Shown here in pieces: positions 1-8,942 of a stretch of DNA of 64,000 nt; the stretch's first letter is position 1, and each line of letters begins with the position of its first letter. Position numbers and translations under genes: made by a program. The DNA lies in sequence record OZ240615.1; one strand, given 5' to 3'. The notes under the pieces are model-generated. The model searched no databases. It worked only from the letters and a program-made list of their open reading frames with translations, and was not told the DNA's origin.

Positions 1-587
1 GCTTTAAACTGAACATGCGCTCTGATCCCGTCAAATAACGCATAGTACATATCTGTTTTCTTCGGCTTGAGACTTCCTGATTTTTTGAAACGTTTCCCGT
101 TATCGAGTACTGGTACGTTGATCTCACGCTCTGCGCAATACTCACTGATAGTGGGTAAGAAAGGATCGATACTAGAGAGGCAATTCGTGGACGTTCCCCG
201 ATAGAAAATCTGACCGCCGATAATATCAACATTTTTAATCAGGCAGTCGTAAAGATACTCGCCTAACCATGACATCAACCGCCCGTGCTGCGAGAAACTG
301 TCAATTCCGTTTACTTCGGTCTGGTACCGAATCCCACCCCAACCTTTAGGGTTGACCATGCGAACGATATACGTATCGTTGCTTTCTACGTATTCCGCAA
401 TGGACAACCAGTAGTAATTCAACGCTTTAGCAGAAGTGATGACGTGATGAAGTTTACAATTCGGACTATCGGATCCGCGTACTATCCGGTGAAACAAATT
501 GTTCTCGGCGTGACCCGCTTTGATCACCATCTCCGGAACCAGAGGGTGAACGTTGTAGTGATTTTTAGTGCTAGGTAAAATAATCAT
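1..587 (-). CDS. Hypothetical phage protein, truncated by window edge (MIILPSTKNHYNVHPLVPEM...)
   Basis: Not in the ORF track. Translated by hand: ATG at 587 with AGGAAA upstream, no stop codon down to base 1. Confidence 0.75.
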   Translation of the reverse strand, partial: MIILPSTKNHYNVHPLVPEMVIKAGHAENNLFHRIVRGSDSPNCKLHHVITSAKALNYYWLSIAEYVESNDTYIVRMVNPKGWGGIRYQTEVNGIDSFSQHGRLMSWLGEYLYDCLIKNVDIIGGQIFYRGTSTNCLSSIDPFLPTISEYCAEREINVPVLDNGKRFKKSGSLKPKKTDMYYALFDGIRAHVQFK

Positions 588-661
588 CGTGCAGTTTCCT
601 TCTTCGTGACCAGTTAGTGGCCCGTTACGTTAGATAAGAGAATTTTAGATTCTCAGTATAG

Positions 662-686
662 AGTGTAGAGACTAAGTCTCTACACT
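662..686. promoter_or_regulatory. 11-bp perfect hairpin just downstream of a putative early promoter
   Basis: agtgtagagac-taa-gtctctacact; no U-tract on either side. Confidence 0.6.
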
Positions 687-689
687 GAA

Positions 690-705
690 GTGATATAGGC
701 GTTAA
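690..705 (-). promoter_or_regulatory. Putative early (virion RNAP) promoter motif
   Basis: Minus strand TTAACGCCTATATCAC, matches the 7-site consensus. Confidence 0.7.
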
Positions 706-1235
706 TTAACTTGGGTCTCGGTATCCTTCACGTAAAACCCGGTTTCAATTAACAAAGAAAACCCAACAGCAGAAAGTTCAACTTGTTCACTACCATTCGC
801 AATAACGTTGATACAACCATTTAAATGCTCAACGTTAATTCCTCCGTTGACATGAATGAACGCTTTTTCGATTATTCCCGGAATATTGACTTCAGTTCCA
901 TTTTTTAAATCGAGAATTCTGAAGTTGCGTTCTGTGTTTTTAACGGCTGGAAAATAAGGGTACGGGACAACGACGTGGCCGGCATATAGTAGTTCATTAT
1001 CGTTACCATATTTGTTATAGCGGATAAGGACTTGGTCGACGCAAGCCTTGACAATAAATCGCATCCGCGCTTCTTCAACCGGCATTGTTGCGCACGCCAG
1101 GCTGAAAAGATTAAAACCGTCAGCGTTATCGGATTTAAAGAAAACGTCATTTCCTGTTTCAGGAATACCTGTAACAAAAAGATCCTGATTTTCTTTAGTG
1201 ATTTTAAAGTCCAACTTCTTGATATCGGTAAACAT
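702..1235 (-). CDS. Hypothetical protein
   Basis: 177 aa ORF tiling the minus-strand operon. Confidence 0.8.
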   Translation of the reverse strand: MFTDIKKLDFKITKENQDLFVTGIPETGNDVFFKSDNADGFNLFSLACATMPVEEARMRFIVKACVDQVLIRYNKYGNDNELLYAGHVVVPYPYFPAVKNTERNFRILDLKNGTEVNIPGIIEKAFIHVNGGINVEHLNGCINVIANGSEQVELSAVGFSLLIETGFYVKDTETQVN

Positions 1236-1247
1236 AATTTTATACCC

Positions 1248-1532
1248 TTATTTTTTAAGTCCGACGAAAAGGTCGGGGTGATGTTTCTTACCGTAATTAA
1301 GCGCGTAATCCCAATTAACGTAACGTTTATTAGACATATACGTCGACCGAACTAACGCCATTAATAAGCGTGGCGGATAGACTTCATTGCAGAGTGAGAT
1401 CAATAAATTTTCTATTAATGGTTTATTTTCTTTATTTAGTACCAGCCTCATGAGCGTTCTTGCTGCTTCTCGTTCAGTGATAGTTCCCGCTGCTATCTCG
1501 CGCATTAGAACAGAAAGAAAATCATCAGACAT
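1248..1532 (-). CDS. Hypothetical protein
   Basis: 94 aa ORF, in operon. Confidence 0.75.
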   Translation of the reverse strand: MSDDFLSVLMREIAAGTITEREAARTLMRLVLNKENKPLIENLLISLCNEVYPPRLLMALVRSTYMSNKRYVNWDYALNYGKKHHPDLFVGLKK

Positions 1533-1549
1533 ACCCGCCCCTTTAAGTT

Positions 1550-1987
1550 TTACTCGACGTTACTGTACTGATCACCCACCCATACTACAGGTTTTAAAAG
1601 ACCCCTGCCGATTTCCTGCTCCCGATCTTTCTGTTTATCCTCGTCAGAAAAATCGTCAATGCGCATTAACCTATTCGATGCCAAAAGGTGATTTCCTTTA
1701 TTTCCCTCTAAACTTTCATAGTGAATAATTTTAGGGGAAAATGTACGCACGCCTTCGTCAGTGTTAAAACCTAGTATAGCTGATGTACTAAGTTCCCCCT
1801 CCAACAACCATAGTGTATCCGTTGCGTCCCCTGTAGCGCAGATCTTCTGATCGTGGTTTATAAAGAAGGTACAGATTTTTTCGTTTTTAGGTATTAGCTC
1901 AACAACCCTGACTGTTTTCCCGACGTTATCAGGGTGATCGGGATCACTGATCACGAGCGCTAAACAACCCGCCTCGATTGGTTTCAT
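1550..1987 (-). CDS. Hypothetical protein (N-terminal KOW/SH3-like IEAGCLALVI..VGKTVRVV segment)
   Basis: 145 aa ORF, 4-nt overlap with upstream gene. Confidence 0.75.
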   Translation of the reverse strand: MKPIEAGCLALVISDPDHPDNVGKTVRVVELIPKNEKICTFFINHDQKICATGDATDTLWLLEGELSTSAILGFNTDEGVRTFSPKIIHYESLEGNKGNHLLASNRLMRIDDFSDEDKQKDREQEIGRGLLKPVVWVGDQYSNVE

Positions 1988-2364
1988 GCGCGTTTCTCCT
2001 GTGTAAGGAAATATTCGCGTATTCCCTCAGCTAACGGACCAAAATCGGATACCAACTGTAACAAAGCCAGTTGGTCATCGGTCTGCCGTAGTCGTTCTAA
2101 CCCGATACGCGGTGGCGTTAACCCTACCTCAGTCAGTTCCAGTTTACCGAGGTATATCTTTGTCTGCCCTCGATCGAGAAACGCGTGAAAGGACAATTCC
2201 GGCCCAGTAGCAAGAATCAGCCCATCAAAGGGATTCTTCCCGCTATACACGCTTTCCCTCTGAAAATGGAAAGACGCTGCCACTTTCTCGCCTTCCCCTA
2301 ATTCCTTTTGACAGTGTTTTAACCAACGTTCAGTCAATTCCGCTTCTTTGAATTTAAATTCCAT
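1984..2364 (-). CDS. Hypothetical protein
   Basis: 126 aa ORF, AGGAG RBS. Confidence 0.8.
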   Translation of the reverse strand: MEFKFKEAELTERWLKHCQKELGEGEKVAASFHFQRESVYSGKNPFDGLILATGPELSFHAFLDRGQTKIYLGKLELTEVGLTPPRIGLERLRQTDDQLALLQLVSDFGPLAEGIREYFLTQEKRA

Positions 2365-2389
2365 ACCGACTCCTTATTAAACAAAATAA

Positions 2390-2417
2390 AAATATAGGGA
2401 CAAACGTCCCTATATTT
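2390..2417 (-). terminator. Intrinsic terminator
   Basis: aaatatagggac-aaac-gtccctatattt, followed by a T-tract on minus. Confidence 0.8.
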
Positions 2418-2429
2418 CAGTACGTACTT

Positions 2430-4118
2430 TTAGTAGTGGCGCGTCAGCGAATAACGCACGGTCGTGCCGTCCGCCATTTCAGCAACCAGATTGAAAGGTC
2501 CAGTGCTACGATAGATTTCAACACCGGTGTTCCCAGGGATTTGAATCCCTGCCGCAACAGAACCTTCCACTTCTTCCAGCTTATTCGCTTGGGAGAACGC
2601 TTCAACAACGCGACGAACATCGCGGAGTTCATGCGTCAGCTCTTCGGCAAACAGCGCAGATTGGTTTGAATTTTTGTCCTTAAATCCTTCGAGGACTAAA
2701 ATCATACCATGATCTGGAGTGTTGTACGTGAAGGTCTCTTTCCCGCCCCACGCTTGCGGAGAGAGGGTGATCCCAACCACTTTTACCGGACCCGTTGCAT
2801 CCGTCCAATTCATCAGACGAGAACCACCTTGGTAGCTGTAGCAAGAAACGGAGTTGCGCTTCTCTTCCGAATCCCAGCGATGGATAGGCTTGGCATCGAC
2901 AACCGCGCGATCTGTCATTTGAACGGTGTTGAATCTCGAATAGCCCGCGTTGTGGAATTCGACGGCCAACGATTGCGCCTTAGGTAAGACCTCCACCATA
3001 AATTGCATTAGGGAAATCGCACCGCCGTCAACAACCCGTTTCGCAGGGGCAACTTTCTCTTCTTTGGTTTTCAGGCCATCGAAGATGCTACCGACTTCTT
3101 CCGTCTCTTTTGCCGTCGCAGTCGGCTGCCATACCCATTCCTGAATATCGCTCACCAACGCGAAACGACGGCGGAACGCGGATTCGATCCCGAGCGTTTT
3201 CACTAACGTTTTCGCCTTTTCCAACTGTTCCTCAGTTGGAGCTTCAGTGGCGCGCATGTAGTTAACACCTTCAATGCTTTCACGGAATTTACGAATCGCG
3301 TATTGTTCGTGACCGCTTTGAATGTCGTCCATCAACACGCCGACAACCGTGGTGTGGAAATGAATGATGTCTTTGTTGTCAAAGTTCATCGCTTCCCACA
3401 CCAAGTTGTTTTTGATGTTGTTGTTTTTGGTAGCATTGAACTCGCGATGGAGTTTCGCCCAGGTTTTAAACCGGTTGGCGAATTTGGTGATATGTTTCAA
3501 TTCACCGTGTTCGAACAGTTCAACAGCCCGCTGCACTGTTTCAGGTGCCCAGCGTGTCAGGCCACTGCGCAGGATACGGACCAGTTCACGCCCTTCTGCT
3601 TCTTTACCTAAACGCTCTTCGTCGTTATCGTAAGTAAAGATCAGCGCAGTTGATGCGCAGTTCAGTTTACCGTTGAAGTGGCGGAATTTACCGGAATGCT
3701 TCAGCGAGTAATCGGCGACGTTCTCCACGACGATGTCGGTTACCGGGCAACGGGCGATAATACGGTTCAATGCCTTAACCATCGCGTATGCGTTGGTGTG
3801 CGGTTCGCCCTCTGCTTCGATATCAATATCGAAAGCCAGGCTCTTAGCTACACCGTCGTCGATGGTCACATACTGACCGAATTTATTCAGCCAACGTTCA
3901 CAGGTTTTACAGGTGTACTGTTGACGCTGCTCTTCCGGAAACAGGCTCAGGTAATGTTGATACAGCGATTTACCAGTGCTGGCTTCAACATCGACTTTAT
4001 AAATATCGTCATCGATATCGAAAAGAGAAAGGTTGTGCTCAATAATATCAACCAAAGAATCGTAAAAACGATCTTCAGCGACAACAGTTTCATTGGAAGC
4101 TACAATTTGTTCAGACAT
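2430..4118 (-). CDS. Conserved large hypothetical phage protein
   Basis: 562 aa; contains RQQYTCKTCERWLNKFG (CxxC) and RRFA..DI motifs that I recall from a family in large phages and bacteria. Confidence 0.85.
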   Translation of the reverse strand: MSEQIVASNETVVAEDRFYDSLVDIIEHNLSLFDIDDDIYKVDVEASTGKSLYQHYLSLFPEEQRQQYTCKTCERWLNKFGQYVTIDDGVAKSLAFDIDIEAEGEPHTNAYAMVKALNRIIARCPVTDIVVENVADYSLKHSGKFRHFNGKLNCASTALIFTYDNDEERLGKEAEGRELVRILRSGLTRWAPETVQRAVELFEHGELKHITKFANRFKTWAKLHREFNATKNNNIKNNLVWEAMNFDNKDIIHFHTTVVGVLMDDIQSGHEQYAIRKFRESIEGVNYMRATEAPTEEQLEKAKTLVKTLGIESAFRRRFALVSDIQEWVWQPTATAKETEEVGSIFDGLKTKEEKVAPAKRVVDGGAISLMQFMVEVLPKAQSLAVEFHNAGYSRFNTVQMTDRAVVDAKPIHRWDSEEKRNSVSCYSYQGGSRLMNWTDATGPVKVVGITLSPQAWGGKETFTYNTPDHGMILVLEGFKDKNSNQSALFAEELTHELRDVRRVVEAFSQANKLEEVEGSVAAGIQIPGNTGVEIYRSTGPFNLVAEMADGTTVRYSLTRHY

Positions 4119-4172
4119 GTCTTTTCCTATTTTGCAAAATAAGGGGTTTTGTTCAGAGTAATTCTAACGGGT

Positions 4173-4766
4173 TTATTTTCGGAACAGATTTAAAAATCGG
4201 GTAAGTAAAGAAGGGCGAGATTTCCGCATAACTTCAGCCCAGTACGCGCCTTCATCGACAGGGGTTTTATCGGTAGCAGATGCATAATCGGAATAATTGG
4301 CGGCAGTGGTATATTCATCGGAGGTCGTGTATCGATTAGGGTCCGCGTACGTCTTTCGCTTTTCCTGTTTAGCGTCCTGCAGCCGTTGTCGCTGTACTGC
4401 CTCTTCAGCGATATAAGTATTTTTATTACGCATGAAATCCATCAGTGAGGCTAAAGCCAATTCCGCGCGCGCGGTGGAATTGTAGGTGATGGAGCAATTG
4501 TTCACGTTCCGCCCATCGTTCGTTTGGAAACGGACTAGACCATCACCGTTTGACAAAGTGAACACTTCATTAGTGACCACATTCAGCGAAGCAACCGGGA
4601 CCGCTATTGTAATAACGTCGCCCATAATTTCCAACTGGGTGCCGTTATCGATTATTATCCAAAAACGATTTTCCACCTGTTGAACCAGTTTCCCCAAAAA
4701 GTCCGTTCGCTCTGGAATGACCGCACCGTTTTCGTTAGGGACGTCACTACGAATGTTATCTTGCAT
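4173..4766 (-). CDS. Hypothetical protein
   Basis: 197 aa ORF. Confidence 0.8.
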   Translation of the reverse strand: MQDNIRSDVPNENGAVIPERTDFLGKLVQQVENRFWIIIDNGTQLEIMGDVITIAVPVASLNVVTNEVFTLSNGDGLVRFQTNDGRNVNNCSITYNSTARAELALASLMDFMRNKNTYIAEEAVQRQRLQDAKQEKRKTYADPNRYTTSDEYTTAANYSDYASATDKTPVDEGAYWAEVMRKSRPSLLTRFLNLFRK

Positions 4767-5124
4767 GAGGAAGCTCCGGGGTTAGATCGCCAACTTTAAG
4801 AACGGTAACAGCGTGATTCTTTTTATCGTACGGGACAAAGGCAATACAGAAGTAGCGTTCTTCTTGCATCAGTTGAACAACTCTCCCTTCTGATTTAATA
4901 TCCTTCCCTTCCCACTTGACTGCCGTGAAAACTTCGTCGAAGGCAAATACTAAATTTCCTTCTGGCTCTTTCCATTCTGCCTCGGTTTCGCTAGCGATGA
5001 CGATCTTAACATCACCAACGTAGAAGAATCGTTTTCCGTTGCGAATATAGAAAGTTGCTTCCGCATCGCGAAACGGTTGGAAATCAATAAAATCCATTTC
5101 CTCAAGAATAAACGTCTTCGCCAT
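4756..5124 (-). CDS. Hypothetical protein
   Basis: 122 aa ORF overlapping the neighbour. Confidence 0.8.
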   Translation of the reverse strand: MAKTFILEEMDFIDFQPFRDAEATFYIRNGKRFFYVGDVKIVIASETEAEWKEPEGNLVFAFDEVFTAVKWEGKDIKSEGRVVQLMQEERYFCIAFVPYDKKNHAVTVLKVGDLTPELPHAR

Positions 5125-5127
5125 AGC

Positions 5128-5457
5128 TTAATCCGCCAGATCAATAATTTGCTCGGTAAAAGGGAACCGGTTCGCTAACAACTCCATACAGGTTCCTACC
5201 GAATCGCCAATGAAATAGTAGTCGTAAAGCATCCCGCTCGTATGACGGTGTTTGACGTGTAGTATCAGTCCTTTACGATCGGCTGCGTAAAAGTCATTAA
5301 ACCACGTAGAGGTGATGTACTCACCTACACCAAACACAGCCCGTAAATAATCTTTCACCGTCATCTGTTCATTTTCCGGGAAAAATCCAAACGACTTTAT
5401 CTCGAACAGTTCAAAGCGATGTTCTAATTGCATGTTAACTCCCTCGTTAAAGGCCAC
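5128..5457 (-). CDS. Hypothetical protein (true start may be the internal MQLEH)
   Basis: 109 aa ORF; GAGG precedes the internal ATG. Confidence 0.75.
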   Translation of the reverse strand: MAFNEGVNMQLEHRFELFEIKSFGFFPENEQMTVKDYLRAVFGVGEYITSTWFNDFYAADRKGLILHVKHRHTSGMLYDYYFIGDSVGTCMELLANRFPFTEQIIDLAD

Positions 5458-5464
5458 AAAAAGA

Positions 5465-5488
5465 CTCCTGAGGCAATAACCTCAGGAG
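5465..5488 (-). terminator. Hairpin, probable terminator
   Basis: ctcctgagg-caataa-cctcaggag, then T-rich on minus. Confidence 0.7.
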
Positions 5489-5494
5489 ACCGTA

Positions 5495-6271
5495 CTATTT
5501 ACGCTTTTTCTTTTTGGATTGCCCAGAAGCGTGTTTAGACACGCGTTTAGGGCGTGCCGGTGGCGCGGTGAAAAGGTTGCGTTTTCCGCCCATACTGAAC
5601 CCGCCATTGAAAGAGAAGCTGGTCTGGAACTCTGAGGGCAGGGCTTCTTTAAACTTGGTTTTCCACGCCAGACGCAGCGCTACGTGATTAACCTGAAATG
5701 CCCCTTGAACAAACCAGTCGCCCGGGTTACGCTCAATCAGCGTTTTCCCGCCGTAGCTTGCAGTGACGGTGTTCTCTTCTTGGCTGACAACAATACTGAC
5801 AACCGGGTGTTCGATCGCTGGTTTTTCTGCATTGACCAGCTCGGAAGCACTGTCTAATTCGATGTGCTTCGTTGAAAGATCCGCAGGGGTAATTTCGTGC
5901 CGATAATATTCACCGGGGTTGTCATCAACTTCAATCCCTTTCCCGAATCGTCCGGACTGAGAATGATTTTGTACCTTTTTGGTATCAGGGATAAATGCGG
6001 GTTCGTCTACGTAAATAAGACGACTCTTTTCTTTTGGTGTTTCTGCTGCAGGTAGTACTAATCTATCGTACGGGGAACGTACATGGAAATTGAAAGGTTT
6101 TAACTCGCGACCATCGCCCTGTACGCGTTCTAATTCTTCTTCAGAAATAAACGCCGGGTCATCTACCGGAATGGTCAGTCGTGTTTGCCCGCGGCCGAGA
6201 ACGTTGTGTTTTTCCGCGAGAGTTTCAGCGGTGATCACGCCTTCTACAGCTTCGATTTTTTTACTTTCCAT
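5495..6271 (-). CDS. Hypothetical protein with basic C-terminus
   Basis: 258 aa ORF ending in SKKKKRK. Confidence 0.8.
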   Translation of the reverse strand: MESKKIEAVEGVITAETLAEKHNVLGRGQTRLTIPVDDPAFISEEELERVQGDGRELKPFNFHVRSPYDRLVLPAAETPKEKSRLIYVDEPAFIPDTKKVQNHSQSGRFGKGIEVDDNPGEYYRHEITPADLSTKHIELDSASELVNAEKPAIEHPVVSIVVSQEENTVTASYGGKTLIERNPGDWFVQGAFQVNHVALRLAWKTKFKEALPSEFQTSFSFNGGFSMGGKRNLFTAPPARPKRVSKHASGQSKKKKRK

Positions 6272-6297
6272 TTTATTTTCCTTCTTTAAGAAAATGA

Positions 6298-6630
6298 TTA
6301 ACGACGACGTTTTACTTTGATCGGTTTAGCGCGTACCTTCTTCTTCGGTAACGGTCGACCTTTGGCGTGCTTAGAAACACGGATCGCTTCTAATTTCTCG
6401 ATTTCATAATCGATAGTTTCCCCGCTGTCGTCAGTGATTCGGTTCAACACGGTAATGTCAATGTGTTTTACCTTCACCTTTAATAACGGGAAATGTTTCT
6501 GAAAGATCTCTGCCAGAGTGTCAAAGTTAATGGTCGATGTTTTTGGATCCACTGCTTCACGGAATAAACTGTGATGAAGAGAGTGGCCTTGAGTTCTGGC
6601 AGAAAGGGTGTTCTTAATCCGTTCTTTCAC
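6298..6630 (-). CDS. Hypothetical basic protein
   Basis: 110 aa, GGAGG RBS, GTG start, K/R-rich tail. Confidence 0.8.
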   Translation of the reverse strand: MKERIKNTLSARTQGHSLHHSLFREAVDPKTSTINFDTLAEIFQKHFPLLKVKVKHIDITVLNRITDDSGETIDYEIEKLEAIRVSKHAKGRPLPKKKVRAKPIKVKRRR

Positions 6631-6667
6631 AGGTTATCCTCCCTGTCGTTTTTATTAAAAGTTGGTT

Positions 6668-6671
6668 CATA
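6668..6671 (-). promoter_or_regulatory. Putative late-type promoter (TTATGAAC)
   Basis: TATG between a terminator T-tract and the next gene; short motif. Confidence 0.35.
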
Positions 6672-6696
6672 ATCGAGTTACCAAACTAAAAAATAA

Positions 6697-6724
6697 ATTG
6701 AGGGGATCCGAAGACCCCCTCAAT
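6697..6724 (-). terminator. Intrinsic terminator with UUCG tetraloop
   Basis: Minus strand attgagggggtc-ttcg-gatcccctcaat plus T-tract. Confidence 0.85.
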
Positions 6725-6726
6725 CG

Positions 6727-7200
6727 TTAATTTACCAAATAGAAGATAACGTCTTCAGCGAGCGTAAAGTTGGTGAGCAGGGACTCATAAGTCTTGTCCC
6801 GACGTACGCGGCTAAAATAAAAATACGCTTCGTCTACGTAAACGTGCGTAATGGGGTGTTTTCGGTACGCAGCGGTATAACCCTGTTCGTACGGTTTTCC
6901 GACGATGACCCTTAAGTCTTGTGGTATTACCCCAGCGTTACGCGTAAACCGAGACAAAAGTTCTTCTTTCATTTCACTCGTCGGGAATAAGATGAGTGAG
7001 TGGGCGGGGTCTTTTTTAGCCCGTGAAAATATCCACTCGGTCTTTCCTGTTTGCCGCGTTGCAGTAAAGCCAATAGTGCGACACTCTCGAAGTAAAATCG
7101 GTCGTCGCCAATCACAACGTTTGGCCTGTTCAGAATTCTCTGAGATAAGCGTCTTTTCTAATACCTGCGCAATTGATTCAAAATCGTTTTTATTTGCCAT
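6727..7200 (-). CDS. Stand-alone P-loop NTPase-like domain
   Basis: RQTGKT (Walker A-like) and VYVDEA (Walker B-like) in 157 aa. Confidence 0.6.
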   Translation of the reverse strand: MANKNDFESIAQVLEKTLISENSEQAKRCDWRRPILLRECRTIGFTATRQTGKTEWIFSRAKKDPAHSLILFPTSEMKEELLSRFTRNAGVIPQDLRVIVGKPYEQGYTAAYRKHPITHVYVDEAYFYFSRVRRDKTYESLLTNFTLAEDVIFYLVN

Positions 7201-7218
7201 GGTGTATTTTGCCTTTTG

Positions 7219-7569
7219 TTACAGTGAATGGAACCAGCCTTCATTATCTGGCTCCGAAGAAAACTCAAAGTTCACAAATTCTTTCCCTTTTGCAAACTCT
7301 GCAAAGGTATCCGTACCAATCCAAAATCCCCGGCGTTTCAACTCATATTGGTCGCCATTTAAACGAAAAGATACTTTCCCTTCATTAGCGTCAAACTCCG
7401 CGTCAATCCAATCGCCATCAGTCATTCCTTTAAACGCAGACGTAAAACGAAAGAAGCCTGACTTATACAGACTACCGATTAGTTTCCCGCCTCGTGAATT
7501 ACCAATATTTTTTGGCGTAGAAAGAAAACGAAGGTTGTTTAAATCTAACTTCATCCTCTCTCCCCTCAA
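7219..7569 (-). CDS. Hypothetical protein, paralog of 25935..26330 and 27493..27915 (likely start 7554)
   Basis: IDAEFDANEGKVSFRL ... EGWF motif shared. Confidence 0.75.
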   Translation of the reverse strand: MRGERMKLDLNNLRFLSTPKNIGNSRGGKLIGSLYKSGFFRFTSAFKGMTDGDWIDAEFDANEGKVSFRLNGDQYELKRRGFWIGTDTFAEFAKGKEFVNFEFSSEPDNEGWFHSL

Positions 7570-7892
7570 TCAAGAAACTCTATTGAAAAAGTCCCTTCTT
7601 CTCGATTATAACCCACGAAAAAACGGACACCATTGGCTTTCAAGATATTACTCAAGGCAACAACCGCGGTTGGCGAATCGTCGCGGCCAAACAACGGGTT
7701 TGAAATCGTATTCTGTAATTCCCAGAAAGGGTCACCCGATTTCTTTTTTCGTTTCCAGCGAGAACGAAAGGTAACCGGTTGTTTTTGCCAAAGGTATAAC
7801 GGTCCTTTATTCGTTTGGACTGTCAACGAACGAATAAAGGTTGCGCCCGTATATTCTTTGCCAAATAGAAACGTTTTTATTTTTCCCAACAC
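7566..7892 (-). CDS. Hypothetical protein
   Basis: 108 aa ORF. Confidence 0.7.
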   Translation of the reverse strand: MLGKIKTFLFGKEYTGATFIRSLTVQTNKGPLYLWQKQPVTFRSRWKRKKKSGDPFWELQNTISNPLFGRDDSPTAVVALSNILKANGVRFFVGYNREEGTFSIEFLD

Positions 7893-8126
7893 TTATAGCT
7901 CCTTAGAAACTGATTTCGTCAGTGTCTGAATTTGCTCCAGAACACAGAGATCGTTTTGAATAGATTCGACACTGATACCGTAGAAATGCGCTATTTCCTC
8001 AGTACGCATTCCGTTCTTGACGCCTTGTTGAATGAGTTTAGCAATACTCGGATTTTCTATCTTTGCGAGTAATGCGTCGAAGTTGTTGAGGTAATCCTTA
8101 TACGCGTTACGATCCATTAGAAACAT
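7893..8126 (-). CDS. Small HTH-like protein
   Basis: GMRTEEIAHFYGISVESIQNDL helix-turn-helix pattern. Confidence 0.6.
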   Translation of the reverse strand: MFLMDRNAYKDYLNNFDALLAKIENPSIAKLIQQGVKNGMRTEEIAHFYGISVESIQNDLCVLEQIQTLTKSVSKEL

Positions 8127-8496
8127 CCTTTAAACGGCTTCTGGCAATGTCAGACCAACCGTGTTCACGAAAAAGACGGTCTAAAGTGGCGCTATACTCG
8201 TTTATTTTTGCCTGCAGCTCAATAGCCTCTGCAATTTTAACAGGGTCGTCAGGAATCAGAAAATCTTCTCTGATCAAAAACCAACCAGATAACCCCTCTA
8301 TTTTGACGACGAGGGAGTCAGGTAGCCCGACTCTTTTAACTCCGGGTACCCGATCGACTTCTTTAAAAACTTTCGTTACAAAAGGCGTAATATTAATAGC
8401 CTTTATACCCGTCCAGGTTTTACCAATTTTTCTTACTTTGGAAATCGTATCAGTGACGATAACTTTGTTCATAATCTTTTCCTCTTTACTCGCCAT
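8107..8496 (-). CDS. Hypothetical protein
   Basis: 129 aa ORF. Confidence 0.75.
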   Translation of the reverse strand: MASKEEKIMNKVIVTDTISKVRKIGKTWTGIKAINITPFVTKVFKEVDRVPGVKRVGLPDSLVVKIEGLSGWFLIREDFLIPDDPVKIAEAIELQAKINEYSATLDRLFREHGWSDIARSRLKDVSNGS

Positions 8497-8498
8497 TA

Positions 8499-8942
8499 CT
8501 ATTTCCTCACCTGAATACTATTAACCCACTTCTCATCCTCAGTTATTGGATAGAACTCCGTCGTTTTAATTTTACCGATTAAAGATAACCAACGTAAATA
8601 CGTTTCATCATCTACAAATAAAACCGCATTTTTTCTTTGATTAAATTCATCAGGGATTACCCTACTAATCCCCTGCGTAGGAAACGGAAGAGATTTGATT
8701 AACCGCCGTTGGTTAACTTCAATCTTTACTTGCTCTAAACCTCTACGAGCTTCTTCGAGTGTGGGTATATAACCTGTCTCAGCACTGACAAACGGATATA
8801 TTTCGGGTAGATTAAAATATCTTAGTTTTTCCTTCTTCGTCCAGTTTACTTTTCGATCTAGAAAAGCAATAATCGATTTGTCAGTAAAACCGAGAATAAA
8901 TCCTAATCTAGTGCAATGGCGTAAATTACCCAGATTTAACAT
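8499..8942 (-). CDS. Hypothetical protein
   Basis: 147 aa ORF, TAATG-coupled to upstream gene. Confidence 0.75.
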   Translation of the reverse strand: MLNLGNLRHCTRLGFILGFTDKSIIAFLDRKVNWTKKEKLRYFNLPEIYPFVSAETGYIPTLEEARRGLEQVKIEVNQRRLIKSLPFPTQGISRVIPDEFNQRKNAVLFVDDETYLRWLSLIGKIKTTEFYPITEDEKWVNSIQVRK

